From NCBI GenBank assembly GCA_050732195.1, contig JBOHQK010000128.1, positions 1 through 57,695 on the forward strand: a stretch of 57,695 nt of DNA. Reading direction: 5' to 3'. Made by a program: the position numbers and the translations under genes. Source of the stretch: Candidatus Methylomirabilales bacterium. Its GTDB lineage: Bacteria > Methylomirabilota > Methylomirabilia > Methylomirabilales > JACPAU01. Below the pieces are notes generated by a model. It ran no database searches. It was not told the origin of the DNA and saw only the letters and a list, made by a program, of their open reading frames with translations. Shown piece after piece: positions 19,065 through 29,123 of this stretch. Position 1 is the first letter of the stretch; the number at the start of each line of letters is the position of its first letter.

Positions 19065-19255
19065 CTCGCCTTGGCCACCCGCCCAGATCGCAGGCAGCGG
19101 GTGCAGACAGCGATGGTGCGGGTGCCCCCCCCGACCCTCGCCCGGACCCGCTGGATGTTGGGATACTGGCGCCGCTTGCTCACGTTGTGGGCGTGGCTGA
19201 TCTGATGGCCGACGAGCGGCCGCTTCCCGCAGAGCGCACACCGGGTCGTTCCCAC
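19061..19255 (-). CDS. rpmB: 50S ribosomal protein L28
   Basis: GTTRCALCGKRPLVGHQISHAHNVSKRRQYPNIQRVR matches L28. GTG 19255 is preceded by AGGAGGG with 7-nt spacing. An in-frame ATG at 19297 is a less likely start. Confidence 0.85.
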   Translation of the reverse strand: MGTTRCALCGKRPLVGHQISHAHNVSKRRQYPNIQRVRARVGGGTRTIAVCTRCLRSGRVAKAS

Positions 19256-19291
19256 CAGAGCTCCCTCCTGAGGACAGTCGCCAGGACGCCC

Positions 19292-21397
19292 GTGCATGAT
19301 AGTGAACGCCCACCGGGAAGGCAAGCCCTTTTTGCCCTCTCCACGGCCGTCCGGCGCCTCCCGGGTGTGGGACCGAAGCGGGCTACCCTGCTCGCCTGCC
19401 TCGGCATCCGCTCCGTGGGGGACGCCCTGCGGTGCCCCCCGCTCCGCTACGAGCGGCGGCAGCTCGTCCCGCTGGGTGCCGCGCGTCCCGGACAGGCGGT
19501 CACCCTCGCCGGCCGCATCGAGCGGGTACGGGTGGGCCGGACCCGGGACGGCGCCGTCACGTGCGAAGCCCTCTTCTCCGACGGGACCGCCCGGGCGACC
19601 GTCCGCTGGTTCCACCAGCCGTACCTGGCCCGACGGTTCGCGCGGGGAGTCCGCGTCCTCCTCACGGGGACCCTGGCCCCGGCCTACCCCCTCGCCCTCG
19701 CCAACCCCGAGTGGGAGGCGCTGGAGCCGGGGGAGGTCGTGGAGCCGCGGCCGAGCCTCGTGCCGATCTATCCGGGGACGGAGGGGCTCCCCCGCCGCTG
19801 GTTCCGGAGGCTCCTCGGATCCCTCGCGGAGGGGAGTGCCGCGGCGGCCGAGGAGATCCTTCCGGCCTCCCTCCTGGCCGCTCGGGACCTCCTGCCCCTC
19901 CCCCGGGCCCTCCGGGCCCTGCACCTGCCTTCCTCGCTCGAGGAGGCGGCCGCTGCCCGCCGCCGCCTGGCCTACGAAGAACTCTTCCTCCTGGCCTTCG
20001 GCCTGGCCCTCCGGCGCCAAGAGGTCGCGCGCCTCCCCGGCCTCCCTCTCACCGCGGATCCGGGGCTGGAGGCCGCCGTTCGCGCTGCCCTGCCCTTCGC
20101 GCTCACGCCAGCGCAGGAGCGGGCGGTGGAGGAGATCGCGGCCGACCTCGCCCGGGACCGTCCCATGCACCGGCTCCTCCACGGGGAGGTGGGTTCCGGG
20201 AAGACGGTGGTGGCCCTGCTGGCCGCCCTCCAGACCGTCGCCGCCGGCGCCCAGGCGGCCCTTATCGCCCCCACCGACCTGCTGGCGGAGCAGCTGTACG
20301 GGCGGGCCGCGGATGTCCTGGCCCCCGCCGGGGTCCGGGTCGCCCTCCTCCGGGCCAGTCAGCGGGGGTCCGAGCGCCGGGCTGCGCTGGAGGGGTTGGC
20401 CGCCGGGACCATCGGGGTGGCGGTGGGGACGCACGCCCTCCTGGAGGCGGGAGTCCACTTCGTCCGCCTGGGCCTCGCCATCGTGGACGAGCAGCACCGC
20501 TTCGGCGTGGCGCAGCGGCTCACCCTTGCGGCCAAGGGTTCTCACCCCCACCTCCTGGTGATGAGCGCCACCCCGATCCCCCGCAGCCTGGCCCTCACCC
20601 TCTACGGTGATCTGGACCTGAGCCTCCTGGAGGTTCTCCCCCCGGGCCGCCGCCCGGTGGCCACGGAGATCCTCCCCTCGGAGCGGCGCGGGGAGGCCGC
20701 GGCCCGGATCCGGGAGGAGGTGGCCCGGGGGCGCGCGGCCTACGTCGTCTGCCCGCAGATCGAGCCCGGCGAGGCAGGGGAGGCGGAGGCGGCCATCGCC
20801 GCCGAGGCCCACCTGGCCGCGCTCAGCCGCGGAGCGCTCAAGGGGCTGCGCCTGGGCCTCCTGCACGGGCGGCTCCGTCCGGCCGACCGGGAGGAAACCA
20901 TGCGGGCCTTCCGGGACGGGGGGCTGGACGTCCTCGTGGCGACGACGGTGGTGGAGGTGGGGGTGGACGTGCCCCGCGCAACCGTGATGGTGGTGGAGGG
21001 GGCTGACCGCTTCGGCCTTGCCCAACTCCACCAACTCCGGGGTCGGGTGGGGCGCGGGGAGCACCCCGGGGTCTGCTACCTGATCCCGGGCCCGGTGCCC
21101 ACGGAGACAGCCCTGGCCCGGCTCCGGGCCCTGGTGGCGGCCCGGGACGGCTTTGCCGTCGCCGAGGCCGATCTCGCCCTGCGGGGCGAAGGCGAACTTC
21201 TCGGGACGCGCCAGGCCGGCCTCCCACCCTTCGCCTTCGCATCACTTGGCGACCCCCTTCTCCTGAGGGCTGCCCGGGAGGATGCCGCGGCCGTGGCGGA
21301 CGGGGAGGCGGACCTCGACCCCGGCACCCGGGCCGGTCTGCTCCTTGCTCTCCGGAGTCGCTGGGCGGGCGCACTGGCGCCCCTGCGGAGCGGGTGA
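19292..21397 (+). CDS. recG: ATP-dependent DNA helicase RecG
   Basis: N-terminus LPGVGPKRATLLACLGIRSVGDALRCPPLRYE; wedge domain; helicase motifs LLHGEVGSGKTVVA, DEQHRFGV, VMSATPIPRSL, ATTVVEVGVDVP and QLHQLRGRVGRG. GTG 19292 gives 701 aa. The upstream part of the long ORF overlaps rel and is read-through. Confidence 0.9.
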   Translation: MHDSERPPGRQALFALSTAVRRLPGVGPKRATLLACLGIRSVGDALRCPPLRYERRQLVPLGAARPGQAVTLAGRIERVRVGRTRDGAVTCEALFSDGTARATVRWFHQPYLARRFARGVRVLLTGTLAPAYPLALANPEWEALEPGEVVEPRPSLVPIYPGTEGLPRRWFRRLLGSLAEGSAAAAEEILPASLLAARDLLPLPRALRALHLPSSLEEAAAARRRLAYEELFLLAFGLALRRQEVARLPGLPLTADPGLEAAVRAALPFALTPAQERAVEEIAADLARDRPMHRLLHGEVGSGKTVVALLAALQTVAAGAQAALIAPTDLLAEQLYGRAADVLAPAGVRVALLRASQRGSERRAALEGLAAGTIGVAVGTHALLEAGVHFVRLGLAIVDEQHRFGVAQRLTLAAKGSHPHLLVMSATPIPRSLALTLYGDLDLSLLEVLPPGRRPVATEILPSERRGEAAARIREEVARGRAAYVVCPQIEPGEAGEAEAAIAAEAHLAALSRGALKGLRLGLLHGRLRPADREETMRAFRDGGLDVLVATTVVEVGVDVPRATVMVVEGADRFGLAQLHQLRGRVGRGEHPGVCYLIPGPVPTETALARLRALVAARDGFAVAEADLALRGEGELLGTRQAGLPPFAFASLGDPLLLRAAREDAAAVADGEADLDPGTRAGLLLALRSRWAGALAPLRSG

Positions 21398-21981
21398 TGC
21401 GGGGCGGGATCCGCATCGTGGGCGGAGCCTGGCGGGGCCGGCGCCTGCGCGTCCCCTCCGGCCTCGACATCCGGCCCACATCCGAGTTTCTGCGCGAGGC
21501 ACTCTTCGACATTCTCAGTGCCCGGGTCCAGGGTGCCGAGGTCCTCGACCTGTATGCCGGGACGGGGGCGCTGGCCCTGGAGGCCTTGAGCCGTGGGGCC
21601 GCCGCCGCGACGCTCGTGGAGGTCAATCCCGCGTACCTCCGAACGGCCCGGAGCAACGCGGCGGCCCTTGCGTGCCAGGATCGGTGCCGCTTCCTCCGCA
21701 TGGAAGGGGTCGCCGCCGTGGCGTTGCTCGGCCGGCAGGGCCGACGGTTCGACCTGATCCTCGCCGATCCGCCCTATGCCAGCGACCTGGCCGAGGCGAC
21801 CGCGCGGGCCGTGGGCCGGCACGGGCTGCTCCTCCCGGGGGGCCTCCTGGTCCTGGAGGTCTCCTCCAAGGCCGCCCTGCCCGAGCGGTTGCCCCCCCTC
21901 GCGCGCGCGCGCGTCAGGCGCCACGGCGACAGCACGCTTCTCTTGTACGCTGCCGAGCCGGTGGGGACCCGAAGCGCCTGA
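21394..21981 (+). CDS. rsmD: 16S rRNA (guanine966-N2)-methyltransferase
   Basis: IVGGAWRGRRLRVPSGLDIRPTSEFLREALFDIL...VLDLYAGTGALALEALSRGA...ADPPY matches the RsmD family. The start overlaps the recG stop. Confidence 0.85.
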   Translation: MMRGGIRIVGGAWRGRRLRVPSGLDIRPTSEFLREALFDILSARVQGAEVLDLYAGTGALALEALSRGAAAATLVEVNPAYLRTARSNAAALACQDRCRFLRMEGVAAVALLGRQGRRFDLILADPPYASDLAEATARAVGRHGLLLPGGLLVLEVSSKAALPERLPPLARARVRRHGDSTLLLYAAEPVGTRSA

Positions 21982-22026
21982 ATTTGCTTGCGCAACGGCC
22001 TGCCTTCCTCTATGGTGAGGGGCGCC

Positions 22027-22551
22027 ATGACCGGCCTCGCCATCTACCCTGGGACCTTCGATCCCTTCACCAACGGCCACCTGGACATCCTCCAGCGGGC
22101 CCGCCGCCTCTTCCCCGAGGTGCTGGTCGCCGTCGCAGCCAGGCCCGACAAGTCCCCCCTGTTCACCCAGGAGGAGCGCTTGGCCATCGTCCGGGATGCC
22201 ACCCGGGACCTGCCCGGGGTCCGGATCGCGGCCCTCGACACCCTCCTGGTGGAGTACGCCCGGGCCCAGGGGGCAGGGGTCATCATCCGGGGGATCCGGG
22301 CGGTCTCCGACTTCGAGTACGAGTTCCAGATGGCCCTGATGAACCGGCGCCTGGCGGAGGCGGTGGAGACGGTCTTCCTCATGCCCCACGAGGCCTACAC
22401 CTACCTCAGCTCCCGCCTGGTGAAGGAGATTGCCCTGCTGGGGGGGACGGTGAGCGGCCTGGTCCCCCCCCTCGCGGAGAAGATGCTGGCGGAGAAGTTG
22501 CGGGCGGGGCGGGGCGGCGGGGCGGGGCGGCGCCGCCCGGGCCGGCGGTAG
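22027..22551 (+). CDS. coaD: Phosphopantetheine adenylyltransferase
   Basis: [21 protein letters not shown]...[22 protein letters not shown]...SSRLVKEI are canonical CoaD motifs. It carries an unusual Arg/Gly-rich C-terminal tail ([16 protein letters not shown]). Confidence 0.9.
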   Translation: MTGLAIYPGTFDPFTNGHLDILQRARRLFPEVLVAVAARPDKSPLFTQEERLAIVRDATRDLPGVRIAALDTLLVEYARAQGAGVIIRGIRAVSDFEYEFQMALMNRRLAEAVETVFLMPHEAYTYLSSRLVKEIALLGGTVSGLVPPLAEKMLAEKLRAGRGGGAGRRRPGRR

Positions 22552-22565
22552 GGAGGAGCACGCGG

Positions 22566-23759
22566 ATGCGTCTCGCCGCGAGGACAGCCGGCTTCAGCCC
22601 GTCCCCCACGCTCGCCATCACGGCGCGGGCCAAGCGGATGCGGGCGGAGGGGATCGATGTCCTGAACTTCGGCGCGGGGGAGCCGGACTTCGACACCCCC
22701 GAGCACATCAAGGCCGCGGCCGTCCAGGCGCTGAAGGAGGGGTTCACCAAGTACACGGCGGCGGCCGGCATCGATGAACTCAAGGACGCCGTCTGCCTCA
22801 AGCTGAAGCGGGACAACGGGGTGGAGTACCGGCGGGAGAACGTCATCATCTCCTGCGGGGCGAAGCACTCCCTGTATAACCTCTGCATGGTTCTCTTGCA
22901 GGAGGGGGACGAGGTCCTGCTGCCGGCTCCCTACTGGGTCTCCTACCCGGAGCAGATCCGGATGGCCGGGGCGGTCCCGGTTCCCGTCTGGACGGCGGAG
23001 GCGGACGGCTTCCGCGTCCGGGTGGAGGCGCTGGAGGCGGCCTGCACCTCGCGGACGGCGGGTCTGATCCTGAACAGCCCCTGTAACCCCACGGGCGCGG
23101 TGCTGAGCCGAAAAGACCTGGAGGCCATCGCGGCCTTTGCCGCAGCGCGGGACCTGACCGTGATCAGCGACGAGACCTACGAGGCCCTCACTTACGATGG
23201 GCGGGAGGCGGTGAGCGTCGCGGCCCTGGGCGAGGAGGTGAAGCGGCGGACGGTCGTGGTCAACTCCCTGTCCAAAGCCTACGCCATGACGGGGTGGCGG
23301 ATCGGGTACGCCGCCGGGCCGGCCGAGGTCGTTCGGGCCATGGACACCTTCCAGAGCCAGGTGACCTCCAACCCCACCTCCATCGCCCAGCGGGCGGCCG
23401 TCGTGGCCCTCACGGGCCCCCAGGACTGCGTCCGGGCGATGCGGGCGGCCTTTGCCGAGCGCCGGGATGCCATCGTGGCTGCCCTGAACGGCGTGCCTGG
23501 GGTCTCCTGCGTCCTGCCCGGGGGGGCCTTCTACGCCTTTCCGAACGTGGCTGGCTGCCTCGGGCGGCGGGCCGGAGATCGGGTCCTGCGGACCTCGGCG
23601 GATCTGGCGGAGTACCTCCTGGACGAGGCGAAGGTCGCCGTGGTGCCGGGCGCGGAGTTCGGGAGCGACACCCACCTGCGCCTCTCGTATGCGACCTCGA
23701 CGGAGAACATCCTGGAGGGGGTGAGACGGATGGGCGCGGCCCTCCGGCAACTCCGCTGA
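22566..23759 (+). CDS. Class I pyridoxal-phosphate aminotransferase (aspartate aminotransferase-like)
   Basis: NFGAGEPDFDTPEHIKAAA...YTAAAGIDELK...PAPYWVSYPE...NSPCNPTGAV...SLSKAYAMTGWRIGY (PLP lysine in SKAY)...LRLSYA. Confidence 0.9.
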   Translation: MRLAARTAGFSPSPTLAITARAKRMRAEGIDVLNFGAGEPDFDTPEHIKAAAVQALKEGFTKYTAAAGIDELKDAVCLKLKRDNGVEYRRENVIISCGAKHSLYNLCMVLLQEGDEVLLPAPYWVSYPEQIRMAGAVPVPVWTAEADGFRVRVEALEAACTSRTAGLILNSPCNPTGAVLSRKDLEAIAAFAAARDLTVISDETYEALTYDGREAVSVAALGEEVKRRTVVVNSLSKAYAMTGWRIGYAAGPAEVVRAMDTFQSQVTSNPTSIAQRAAVVALTGPQDCVRAMRAAFAERRDAIVAALNGVPGVSCVLPGGAFYAFPNVAGCLGRRAGDRVLRTSADLAEYLLDEAKVAVVPGAEFGSDTHLRLSYATSTENILEGVRRMGAALRQLR

Positions 23760-23847
23760 CCCCCGGGCCGCGGGTGATCCTGGAGATCTCCCGATCCTCC
23801 CGACCGAGTGCGGCGGAATCGCTGATGCGGAGCAGGAGGCAGAAGCC

Positions 23848-25473
23848 ATGAACCGCCTCATTCGCCTGTGTATCCCCTGCGTCCTTGCCGGTTTTCTTGT
23901 CATAGCAGGAGCCGCGCGGTCAGCCCTGGCCGCCTCCACCTTCGTGATGGGGGCTCAGGGAGAACCGGTCTGCCTCGATCCTGCCATCATCACTGACGGG
24001 ATCTCCTCCAGGATCACCAATCAGATCTTCGAAGGCCTGGCGAAGTACAAAGGGTCCACCACCGAGGTCGTCCCGTCCCTCGCCGAGCGCTGGGACGTGA
24101 GTGCGGATGGGACCGTCTGGACCTTCACGCTCCGGAAGAACGCGAAGTTCCACGATGGGACCCCCTTCGACGCGAAGGCGGTGGTCTGGAACTTCGAGCG
24201 CTGGCGCTTCACCAAGCACCCGCAGCACGAGAATCAGATCAAGGCGGGGCAGACCTTCGAGTACTACGAGGCGCAGATGGGAGGCTTCGACGACAAGAGC
24301 CTCATCACGAAGGTGGAGGCGGTGAACCCCACGACCGTCCGCTTCACCCTGAGGGAGCCCCAGGGCCCCTTCCTGGCCAACGTGGCCATGTTCACCTTTG
24401 TCCTTGCGAGCCCGACGGCGGTCGAGAAGTGGGGGGCCGAGTCGTGCAAGCGCCCGGTGGGGACCGGGCCCTTCCGGTTCGTGGAGTGGAAGCCCAACCA
24501 GGAGGTGATCCTCGAGGCGAACCCGGACTACTGGGACAAGGCCGGTGCGCCCAAGGTGCAGCGCGCCATCATCCGGAATATCAAGGACAGCTCCCAGCGG
24601 GTGGCGGCCCTAAAGGCCGGCGAGATTCACGGAATGGAAGGAGTGAACCCCGACGACGTGAAGGTGGTCCGAGCGGACCCGAGGCTGCAGATTATCCTGA
24701 GGCCCACCAACACGACGGGCTACCTGGCCTTCAACTACAAGGTCAAGGAGTTCCAGGACAAGCGCGTCCGGCAGGCAATCGCCCATGCCGTCAACAAGCA
24801 GGGGATCGTGAACGCCCTGTACGGCGGGACCGGCCTCACGGCGACCCAGTTCCAGCCGCCGCCCCTCTGGGGTCACAACAAGGACCTGAAGGATTACCCG
24901 TACAGCCCCGACCGCGCCCGGGTCCTCCTCAAGGAGGCCGGCTTCGGCCGGGGCCTGAAGGAGATCACCTGGGAGGACGGCCGGAAGGAACCCCTCCCGT
25001 TCTGGTACTTGCCGGTCTCCCGGCCCTACTACCCGAACCCGAAGGAGATCGCCGAGGCGATCGCGGCGGACCTGGCCAGGGTCGGGATCACGGTGAAATT
25101 GCAGACCGTGGACTGGTCCGCCTACCTGGACAAGCGGAAGAAGGGGGAGCTCCCCCTCTACATGCTCGGCTGGACCGGCGATAACGGCGACCCCGACAAC
25201 TTCGTCTGCTATTTCTTCTGCAATCCCGGCGCCTCGCGGGAGGGGTTCTACGGCAACAAGGCGCTGGCCGAGGTCCTCCTTCAGGCGCAGAAGTTGACGG
25301 ACCAGGCGAAGCGGGCCCCCCTGTACCGGAAGGCCGAGCAGATGATCCACGACGACGCGGCGCGGATCTTCATCGCCAACAACCAGCCGCCGCTGGCCTT
25401 CTCCAAGAAGGTGAAGGGCTACGTGGCGCACCCCACCAACACCGAGTACTTCAACACCGTCCAGGTGGAGTAG
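23848..25473 (+). CDS. Peptide/nickel ABC transporter substrate-binding protein (family 5), cassette 1
   Basis: Signal peptide, then the family-5 SBP pattern (LAKYKG...VVPSLAERWDVSADGTVWTFTLRKNAKFHDGTPFDA...). Length 541 aa. Confidence 0.85.
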   Translation: MNRLIRLCIPCVLAGFLVIAGAARSALAASTFVMGAQGEPVCLDPAIITDGISSRITNQIFEGLAKYKGSTTEVVPSLAERWDVSADGTVWTFTLRKNAKFHDGTPFDAKAVVWNFERWRFTKHPQHENQIKAGQTFEYYEAQMGGFDDKSLITKVEAVNPTTVRFTLREPQGPFLANVAMFTFVLASPTAVEKWGAESCKRPVGTGPFRFVEWKPNQEVILEANPDYWDKAGAPKVQRAIIRNIKDSSQRVAALKAGEIHGMEGVNPDDVKVVRADPRLQIILRPTNTTGYLAFNYKVKEFQDKRVRQAIAHAVNKQGIVNALYGGTGLTATQFQPPPLWGHNKDLKDYPYSPDRARVLLKEAGFGRGLKEITWEDGRKEPLPFWYLPVSRPYYPNPKEIAEAIAADLARVGITVKLQTVDWSAYLDKRKKGELPLYMLGWTGDNGDPDNFVCYFFCNPGASREGFYGNKALAEVLLQAQKLTDQAKRAPLYRKAEQMIHDDAARIFIANNQPPLAFSKKVKGYVAHPTNTEYFNTVQVE

Positions 25474-25505
25474 GGCGGAGGGGGCGCGACGAGGACGGGG
25501 ACGCG

Positions 25506-26510
25506 GTGGGCGCGTATGCGATCAAGCGGTTCCTGACCATCCTTCCCGTCCTCGTCGGGATTTCCCTCCTGGTCTTCGGTTTCATCCACCTGATCCCGGG
25601 CGACCCGGCCGTCGCGATGCTCGGCGAGCGGGCGACGCCCGAGCGCGTGGCGGCGGTCCGGGCCCAGCTCGGTCTCGACGAACCCCTCTACAAGCAGTAC
25701 CTGATCTACCTCCGCAAGGTCGCGCAGGGGGACCTGGGGCTCTCCATCCTCCGGGGGGACCCGGTCCTGGCCGACCTCCTCCACCGATTTCCGGCCACGG
25801 TGGAGCTGGCACTCTCCGCCATCCTCCTCGCCCTGGCCATCGGCATCCCGCTCGGGATCGTCTCCGCGGTCTGGCGGAACTCTCTCTTCGACGGGGTCTC
25901 CCGCCTCGTGGCGCTCACTGGCGTCTCCATGCCGATATTCTGGCTCGGCCTCATGCTCGCCTGGTTCTTCGGGGTCGAGCTCGGGTGGCTCCCCACGGGC
26001 TTCCGCCTGGACACCGACGTCGCCGTCTCGCCGGTGACGAACTTTTACGTCCTGGACAGCCTGCTGACCGGGAACGGCCAGGCGCTCTCCTCGACCCTGC
26101 GCCACCTGATCCTCCCCGCCGTGTGCCTCGGCACGATCCCCCTGGCCATCATCGCCCGGATGACCCGGGCGAGCCTGCTCGAGGTGCTCTCCCAGGACTA
26201 CATCCGGACGGCCGAGGCGAAGGGGCTCCCGCAGCGGGGGGTCGTCCTCCGCCACGCGATGCGCAACGCCCTGCTCCCCATCCTCACGGTCACGGGGCTT
26301 CAAGTGGGGCACCTCCTGGCCGGGGCGATCCTGACCGAGACCATCTTCTCCTGGCCGGGGATCGGCCTCTGGGTCTACGAGGCGATTCAGGCGCGCGATT
26401 ATCCCATCGTCCAGGGGGCGACCCTCTTCATTGCCACGGTCTTCGTCCTCGTGAACCTCTGCACGGACCTGCTCTATGCCACTGTCGATCCCCGCATTGC
26501 GTACGATTGA
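25506..26510 (+). CDS. ABC transporter permease (DppB/OppB type), cassette 1
   Basis: IKRFLTILPVLVGISLLVFGFIHLIPGDP...EDYIRTAEAKGLPQR... is the BPD-transporter EAA-like motif. Confidence 0.85.
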   Translation: MGAYAIKRFLTILPVLVGISLLVFGFIHLIPGDPAVAMLGERATPERVAAVRAQLGLDEPLYKQYLIYLRKVAQGDLGLSILRGDPVLADLLHRFPATVELALSAILLALAIGIPLGIVSAVWRNSLFDGVSRLVALTGVSMPIFWLGLMLAWFFGVELGWLPTGFRLDTDVAVSPVTNFYVLDSLLTGNGQALSSTLRHLILPAVCLGTIPLAIIARMTRASLLEVLSQDYIRTAEAKGLPQRGVVLRHAMRNALLPILTVTGLQVGHLLAGAILTETIFSWPGIGLWVYEAIQARDYPIVQGATLFIATVFVLVNLCTDLLYATVDPRIAYD

Positions 26511-27387
26511 GATCACCCTGGCGCTCCCCACAGCCCGGGGGCGGACCCCGCTCCAGGAGGCCTGGGGGCGGCTCATCGCCAGCCCGGTGGCCCGGGGAGG
26601 ACTCGTCATCGTGGTACTCTGTGCCCTGATGGCGGTCCTGACCCCTCTCCTGCATCTGTACCGGCCCGAGGTGGATTCGGACCTCCTGATGCGCCTGCAA
26701 CCGCCCACCTGGGAGCATCCCTTCGGGACCGACACGCTCGGGCGGGACATCCTGGTCCGGGTCCTGCACGGGGCCCGGGTCTCCCTCGGCCTCGGCCTGG
26801 GCTCGGTGGCCGTGGCGGCGGTGGCCGGCACTCTCCTCGGCCTCCTGGCCGGCTATGCCGGGCGCTGGGTGGACCTCTCCCTCATGTTCTGCATGGATAT
26901 TCTCCTCGCCTTCCCGGCTACGCTCCTGGCGATCGCCATCGTGGCCATGATCGGCCCGGGCCTCCGGAACTCGCTGATCGCCATCAGCCTCGTTTCGATC
27001 CCCTTCTACGCCCGGATCGCCCGCGGGGCAGTCCTCTCCCTGAAGGAACAGGAGTTCGTCGTCGCTGCCGAGGGCCTGGGCGGGAGCCACCTCCGGGTCC
27101 TCTTCCGGCACATCTTCCCGAACACGCTCCCCCCCCTCATGGTACAAACGACCCTCGGGATCGCCTTCGCCGTTCTCGAGGCGGCGGCCCTGGGGTTCCT
27201 CGGGCTGGGGGCCCAGCCCCCGACCCCGGAGTGGGGGGCGATGCTGGCCGACAGCTACAAGTACTTCACCAGTGGGGCCTGGTGGGCCTTCTTTTTCCCC
27301 GGGGCAGCGATCATGATCTCTGTCCTCGGCTTCAACCTCCTGGGTGATGGCCTCCGGGATGCCCTGGACCCCAGGCTGCGCACGTAA
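26476..27387 (+). CDS. ABC transporter permease (DppC/OppC type), cassette 1
   Basis: HPFGTDTLGRDILVRVLHGARVSL...EQEFVVAAEGLGGSHLRVLFRHIFPN... The start is uncertain (ATG 26476 or TTG 26497, both overlapping the upstream gene). Confidence 0.8.
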   Translation: MPLSIPALRTIEITLALPTARGRTPLQEAWGRLIASPVARGGLVIVVLCALMAVLTPLLHLYRPEVDSDLLMRLQPPTWEHPFGTDTLGRDILVRVLHGARVSLGLGLGSVAVAAVAGTLLGLLAGYAGRWVDLSLMFCMDILLAFPATLLAIAIVAMIGPGLRNSLIAISLVSIPFYARIARGAVLSLKEQEFVVAAEGLGGSHLRVLFRHIFPNTLPPLMVQTTLGIAFAVLEAAALGFLGLGAQPPTPEWGAMLADSYKYFTSGAWWAFFFPGAAIMISVLGFNLLGDGLRDALDPRLRT

Positions 27388-27494
27388 CGTTCGTGGGGAG
27401 GAACCCGGTGCAGCGTCGCAGGCGCGGAGGCGGGGAAGCGACTGCTCCGGCGGGGGGGATTGATGGCAGGGGTCCCCTCCGGGGAGGAAGACTC

Positions 27495-29120
27495 ATGAGA
27501 CGCGGCGGCGGGAAGGGATGGTTCCCCATCGTCCTGGCAGTGGGGCTCGTCGTGGGGGTGGGGCTCCCGGCAGGCGGGCAGGCCCCCCGACAGGGCGGGA
27601 CCTATCAGTTTTCTCTGGGGCCCTCCGACCCCCCCTCGCTGGACCCGGCCCACGTGACCGACACGACCTCCCACGCGGTCGTCTCGGAGCTCTTCGACGG
27701 CCTGGTGGAGTTCGATCCCCAGATGCGCCTCCGCCCGGCCATCGCCGAGCGCTGGGAGATTTCGCCGGACGGCCGGACCTACCGGTTCTTTCTCCGGAAA
27801 GGCGTCCGGTTCCAGAATGGGCGGGAGGTCACCGCCGAGGACTTCCGGTACAGTTTCCTCCGGGTCCTGGACCCGAAGACCAAGTCGGAGCGGACCTGGA
27901 TCCTGGATAAACTGGAGGGGGCTGCGGCCTTCCTGGCGGGGAGGGGGGCGGAGGTCCGGGGGATCCTGGTCCGGGACCGATACACCCTGGACCTGCGCCT
28001 GCGCGAGCCCTTCGCCCCCTTCTTGGCCCTCCTGGCCTACCCGGCGGCGATGGTGGTCCCCCGGGAGGCGGTGGAGCGCGCCATCCCCGACTTCTCGGCA
28101 CGCCCCGTGGGGACGGGGCCCTTCCGCCTCACCGAGTGGCGGCGGGATGATCGGCTCGTCCTGGAGGCGAACCCGGACTACTTCCGTGGGCGGCCCCACC
28201 TGGACCGGATCCTGTTCCGGATCATCCCCGACGACCTGACCCGCCTCCAGGAGTTCCGGGCCGGCACCCTCCACCACACCGATGTGCCGGCGGGCCTCTA
28301 CCAGAGCATCGTGGCGGACCCCGCCTTGCGACGGCGGCTGCACTCCCAGTCCATCCTGGGAATCCAGGCGGTCCGCCTCAACGTGGAGGCCCCGCCCTTT
28401 GCTGGGAACCGGAAGCTCCGCCAGGCCCTCAACCACGCCGTGGATAAGGGGGCCTTTGCCCAGGTCATCATGGAGGGGCGGGTGAAGCCCGCCGCCGGCA
28501 TCCTCCCCCCGGGGATGCCCGGGGACAGCGGGGCGCTGGCCGGCTACGCGTTCGACCGGGCCCGGGCGAGACAGCTCCTGGCAGAGGCGGGCTTCCCGGA
28601 CGGGAAGGGGCTGCCACCCCTCGCGCTTCACTACAACACGGGCCTGACCAACAGGCGGCTCGCCGAGTTCGTCCAGGCCCAGTTGGCCGAGGTCGGGGTG
28701 AAGGTGGAGTTGGCCGCCCTGGACTGGCCGGCCTACCTCAAGCTGGTGGACGCCGGACAGACCCAGATGCACCGGATGGGCTGGATCGCCGACTACCCGG
28801 ACCCCGAGAACTTTCTGACCGTCCTCTTTCACAGCAGGAACGTCGGGGCGCGGGGGAACACCAGTCGCTATCGGAACGCCCAGGTGGACGCCCTGCTGGA
28901 TCAGGCGGACCGGACCACGAGAGAGACGGAGCGGATCCGCCTCTACCAGCAGGCCGAGCGGCTCATCGTGGAGGATGCGCCCTGGATCTTCCTTAACTAT
29001 TACAGCACCGACCTGCTGGTCCACCCCGCGGTCCGGAACCTGGTGGAGCAGCTTTCCCCGATGGACTCCTCGCCCACCATCAGCCTGGTCCAGATGCGCC
29101 TGGTCTGGCTCGCGGAGTGA
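27495..29120 (+). CDS. Peptide/nickel ABC transporter substrate-binding protein (family 5), cassette 2
   Basis: ATG 27495 is preceded by GGAGGA. Signal/anchor WFPIVLAVGLVVGVGLPAGG. LRPAIAERWEISPDGRTYRFFLRKGVRFQNGREVTAEDF is the family-5 pattern. Confidence 0.85.
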   Translation: MRRGGGKGWFPIVLAVGLVVGVGLPAGGQAPRQGGTYQFSLGPSDPPSLDPAHVTDTTSHAVVSELFDGLVEFDPQMRLRPAIAERWEISPDGRTYRFFLRKGVRFQNGREVTAEDFRYSFLRVLDPKTKSERTWILDKLEGAAAFLAGRGAEVRGILVRDRYTLDLRLREPFAPFLALLAYPAAMVVPREAVERAIPDFSARPVGTGPFRLTEWRRDDRLVLEANPDYFRGRPHLDRILFRIIPDDLTRLQEFRAGTLHHTDVPAGLYQSIVADPALRRRLHSQSILGIQAVRLNVEAPPFAGNRKLRQALNHAVDKGAFAQVIMEGRVKPAAGILPPGMPGDSGALAGYAFDRARARQLLAEAGFPDGKGLPPLALHYNTGLTNRRLAEFVQAQLAEVGVKVELAALDWPAYLKLVDAGQTQMHRMGWIADYPDPENFLTVLFHSRNVGARGNTSRYRNAQVDALLDQADRTTRETERIRLYQQAERLIVEDAPWIFLNYYSTDLLVHPAVRNLVEQLSPMDSSPTISLVQMRLVWLAE

Positions 29121-29123
29121 CGC

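Noticed and set aside
18797-19291. N-terminal extension of the 866-aa ORF containing recG.
   Set aside because: This part overlaps the rel 3' end in another frame and rpmB on the opposite strand, and has no RecG-like sequence. The RecG N-terminal motif begins just after GTG 19292.
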